Shown: positions 62,476-64,000 of the stretch, piece after piece | Numbering within the stretch: position 1 is the stretch's first letter | Layout of the letters: each line of letters begins with the position of its first letter | Virus record (IMG/VR): IMGVR_UViG_3300036939_000082 | Coordinates: 64,001 to 128,000 of that record | Strand: one strand, 5' to 3' | DNA from: a virus | Length of the DNA: 64,000 bases | Notes under the pieces: model-generated | The model's database searches: none | Told to the model about the DNA's origin: nothing | Seen by the model: only the letters and a program-made list of their open reading frames with translations | Position numbers and translations under genes: made by a program

Positions 62476-64000
62476 TCACACCATTTTAATTTGTGGGTGC
62501 GGCAAAACATCGCGGGGATTGACATCCTGGCCGTTAATGTAAACACCGAAATGTAGGTGAATGTTTTGCTGTCCGTACCCACAATCGGCACCAAAACCAG
62601 AACAACCACGCATTGCAATTTTCTGACCCGCTTGTACGGACTGACCTTCGGTGACGAGAAGAGGTGCTTGAAGGTGCATATACACGCTCTCCGTGTTGTC
62701 CCCGTGGTCGATGCGGATCATCCTGCCTTCTCCACCGCTAGGATCGCTTTTAGCTATTTTTACTTTGCCTGATTTGGCTGCAAATATTGCATCCGGATCT
62801 GGTCCAGAACCGAAACCGCCGTAATCGATTCCAGCGTGATGTCGCCCTCTAGCGCTTCCCCATTCGCACCTAGGTCCTGCAACTGTGTTTCCTTCAATAG
62901 GCATCGGCGATCGCCACCCTTGCTTTGAAACCGGCATTCCGCTTACCGTAACAGTCTGGGCAACGGCGCTTTCTGGAGCGGCTTGGTGTTTTTGCGGGGC
63001 GTCCGGTTTGGAAGCGTCGCCCCGAAACAGTTGAATTTTGGCGTTGGGGTCGGGTTTAAATGCCGTCACTTCCGCTTCGAGGCGATCGCCAAACAAGAAG
63101 AGAACTTCTTCCACAGTATAGGTATCGTCCAGTCCTTCTCCCAATCCCCGCGCTTCAAATGTCAGACCGGCGTCTAATTTTAAAATATCCGGCTGACCGT
63201 GAACGTCGAGGCAGAATTGAGCTATGTGAGTTTTGTGGGAGTCAAGGGCCATCAACCCCAGCGCTGCTTCCATCGCCCCCAACTGAGAAGTTGGGTTGTG
63301 CTGACCGACCATCGCGACCGCAGGCGCTCCCCCGGTATCAAAATCGGTTGCACCGGTGTTGCCGGGAAGGGCTGGCATCCCATCAATCCCCGACTTAAAA
63401 ATTTCCATTCCGCGATCGATCGCGGGCTTGAAGGTTCTGCCGAAATCGTTGTCGTGACCGTTGGGATTGCCCTGTATTTTGCGCCTTACCTCGTGCCAGT
63501 CTTGAGCCTCGGCAGAAATTTGACAGTTTTGGTTTGCATTGTGCTTTCCCTGCCAGTACATTACTGTTATTTTTGCTGCAATTTCTGGCTGTCCGGCTAG
63601 TTCTGGATTTTGCAGCAAAGGCAAATTCAACAGCTTCCCAAACATTTCGTAGTTGTAAGTATGCGTTAGTTGAATATACCCCCGTCCGCGAAAATTACTA
63701 CCTCCTTCGACTGATGAGCTTCCTGGTCCTATTTCTGATGCCGGTGTAAAATTCAGGGTTTCCGTTCCCATTGTGGCAATAATGCCAACAAGTTGATTCT
63801 TTGATTTCAACCCAGCTTCATTCATCGCTCTTAGAATGTAAGGCAAGTTTTTCCGGATCGAGTCAAGATCGAACTGAGGTAAAACTTTTTTTACGTCCTC
63901 CGGCGTCGGATAGGATTGCTGCGTCGGTTGCTGCGTGGCGGGGGCGATCGGTTTGGTTGCAGGAGTTGCAGGGGCGATCGGCTTAGTTTTTGTGTCTTCC
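62476..64000 (-). CDS. Baseplate-hub-like protein with GH19 lysozyme/chitinase and M23 peptidase domains (5' end outside window)
   Basis: Frame is open to the window edge; FRGRGYIQLT..YNY (GH19); G.P..L..G.T....GLG...D..Y.V..V (gpD/gp27-like); HAGIDY...YMHL...HLHF (M23). Confidence 0.85.
   Translation of the reverse strand, partial: EDTKTKPIAPATPATKPIAPATQQPTQQSYPTPEDVKKVLPQFDLDSIRKNLPYILRAMNEAGLKSKNQLVGIIATMGTETLNFTPASEIGPGSSSVEGGSNFRGRGYIQLTHTYNYEMFGKLLNLPLLQNPELAGQPEIAAKITVMYWQGKHNANQNCQISAEAQDWHEVRRKIQGNPNGHDNDFGRTFKPAIDRGMEIFKSGIDGMPALPGNTGATDFDTGGAPAVAMVGQHNPTSQLGAMEAALGLMALDSHKTHIAQFCLDVHGQPDILKLDAGLTFEARGLGEGLDDTYTVEEVLFLFGDRLEAEVTAFKPDPNAKIQLFRGDASKPDAPQKHQAAPESAVAQTVTVSGMPVSKQGWRSPMPIEGNTVAGPRCEWGSARGRHHAGIDYGGFGSGPDPDAIFAAKSGKVKIAKSDPSGGEGRMIRIDHGDNTESVYMHLQAPLLVTEGQSVQAGQKIAMRGCSGFGADCGYGQQNIHLHFGVYINGQDVNPRDVLPHPQIKMV

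Larger units (their letters stand above)
1..64000. mobile_element. Large temperate cyanobacterial myovirus (prophage or phage-plasmid), partial; extends beyond both window ends
   Basis: Portal, protease/scaffold, capsid, sheath, tube, baseplate, spike, fibres, lysins, replication initiator and antirepressors spread across the window; dense HIP1 (GCGATCGC) indicates long residence in a cyanobacterial host; no host core genes recognised. Confidence 0.9.

Noticed and set aside
1-64000. CRISPR array
   Set aside because: No run of equal-length repeats with unique spacers; repeats found are pairs or triplets tied to gene ends
1-64000. Diversity-generating retroelement or retron
   Set aside because: No reverse transcriptase motif in any ORF; duplicated segments differ at all base types, mostly third codon positions, not only at adenines
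1-64000. Tailocin/eCIS rather than phage
   Set aside because: Portal, protease-scaffold, capsid and head-tail connector are present and intact
1-64000. Integrase, terminase or att sites
   Set aside because: No recombinase or terminase motifs recognised; they may lie outside the window

Overview
The whole window looks like one large temperate myovirus (prophage or phage-plasmid) of a filamentous cyanobacterium. The core genes are saturated with the HIP1 octamer GCGATCGC, often as GGGCGATCG/CGATCGCCC, and no ordinary host housekeeping genes are visible. Recognisable modules: HK97-type head (portal, protease-scaffold, major capsid), head-tail connector, contractile tail (1000-aa sheath, T4 gp19-like tube, P2 gpI-like wedge protein, gp26/gp51-like hub chaperone, 1470-aa gp5/VgrG-like spike, hub protein with GH19 and M23 domains), several tail-fibre-like proteins, three lysin-type genes, a replication-initiator-like protein, two antirepressors, a thymidylate-synthase fusion, a PAPS-reductase-like enzyme and an intact IS200/IS605 tnpB element. 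No terminase, integrase, reverse transcriptase or CRISPR array is visible in the window. AT-rich accessory genes are scattered through it, usually with an extended -10 promoter and a bidirectional terminator. Main observations: (1) Accessory genes are repeatedly flanked by diverged direct repeats of the neighbouring gene end, with differences concentrated at synonymous positions, and several repeat boundaries fall on HIP1 or degenerate HIP1 sites. This suggests HIP1-associated single-crossover capture of gene cassettes from related phages. (2) Adjacent Acb2-like and Acb4-like candidate nucleotide-signal sponges. (3) A 120-nt tRNA-like RNA with extra arms. (4) An intact, internally deleted second copy of the capsid C-terminus. 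All family assignments are by motif recognition from memory and need HMM or structure confirmation.
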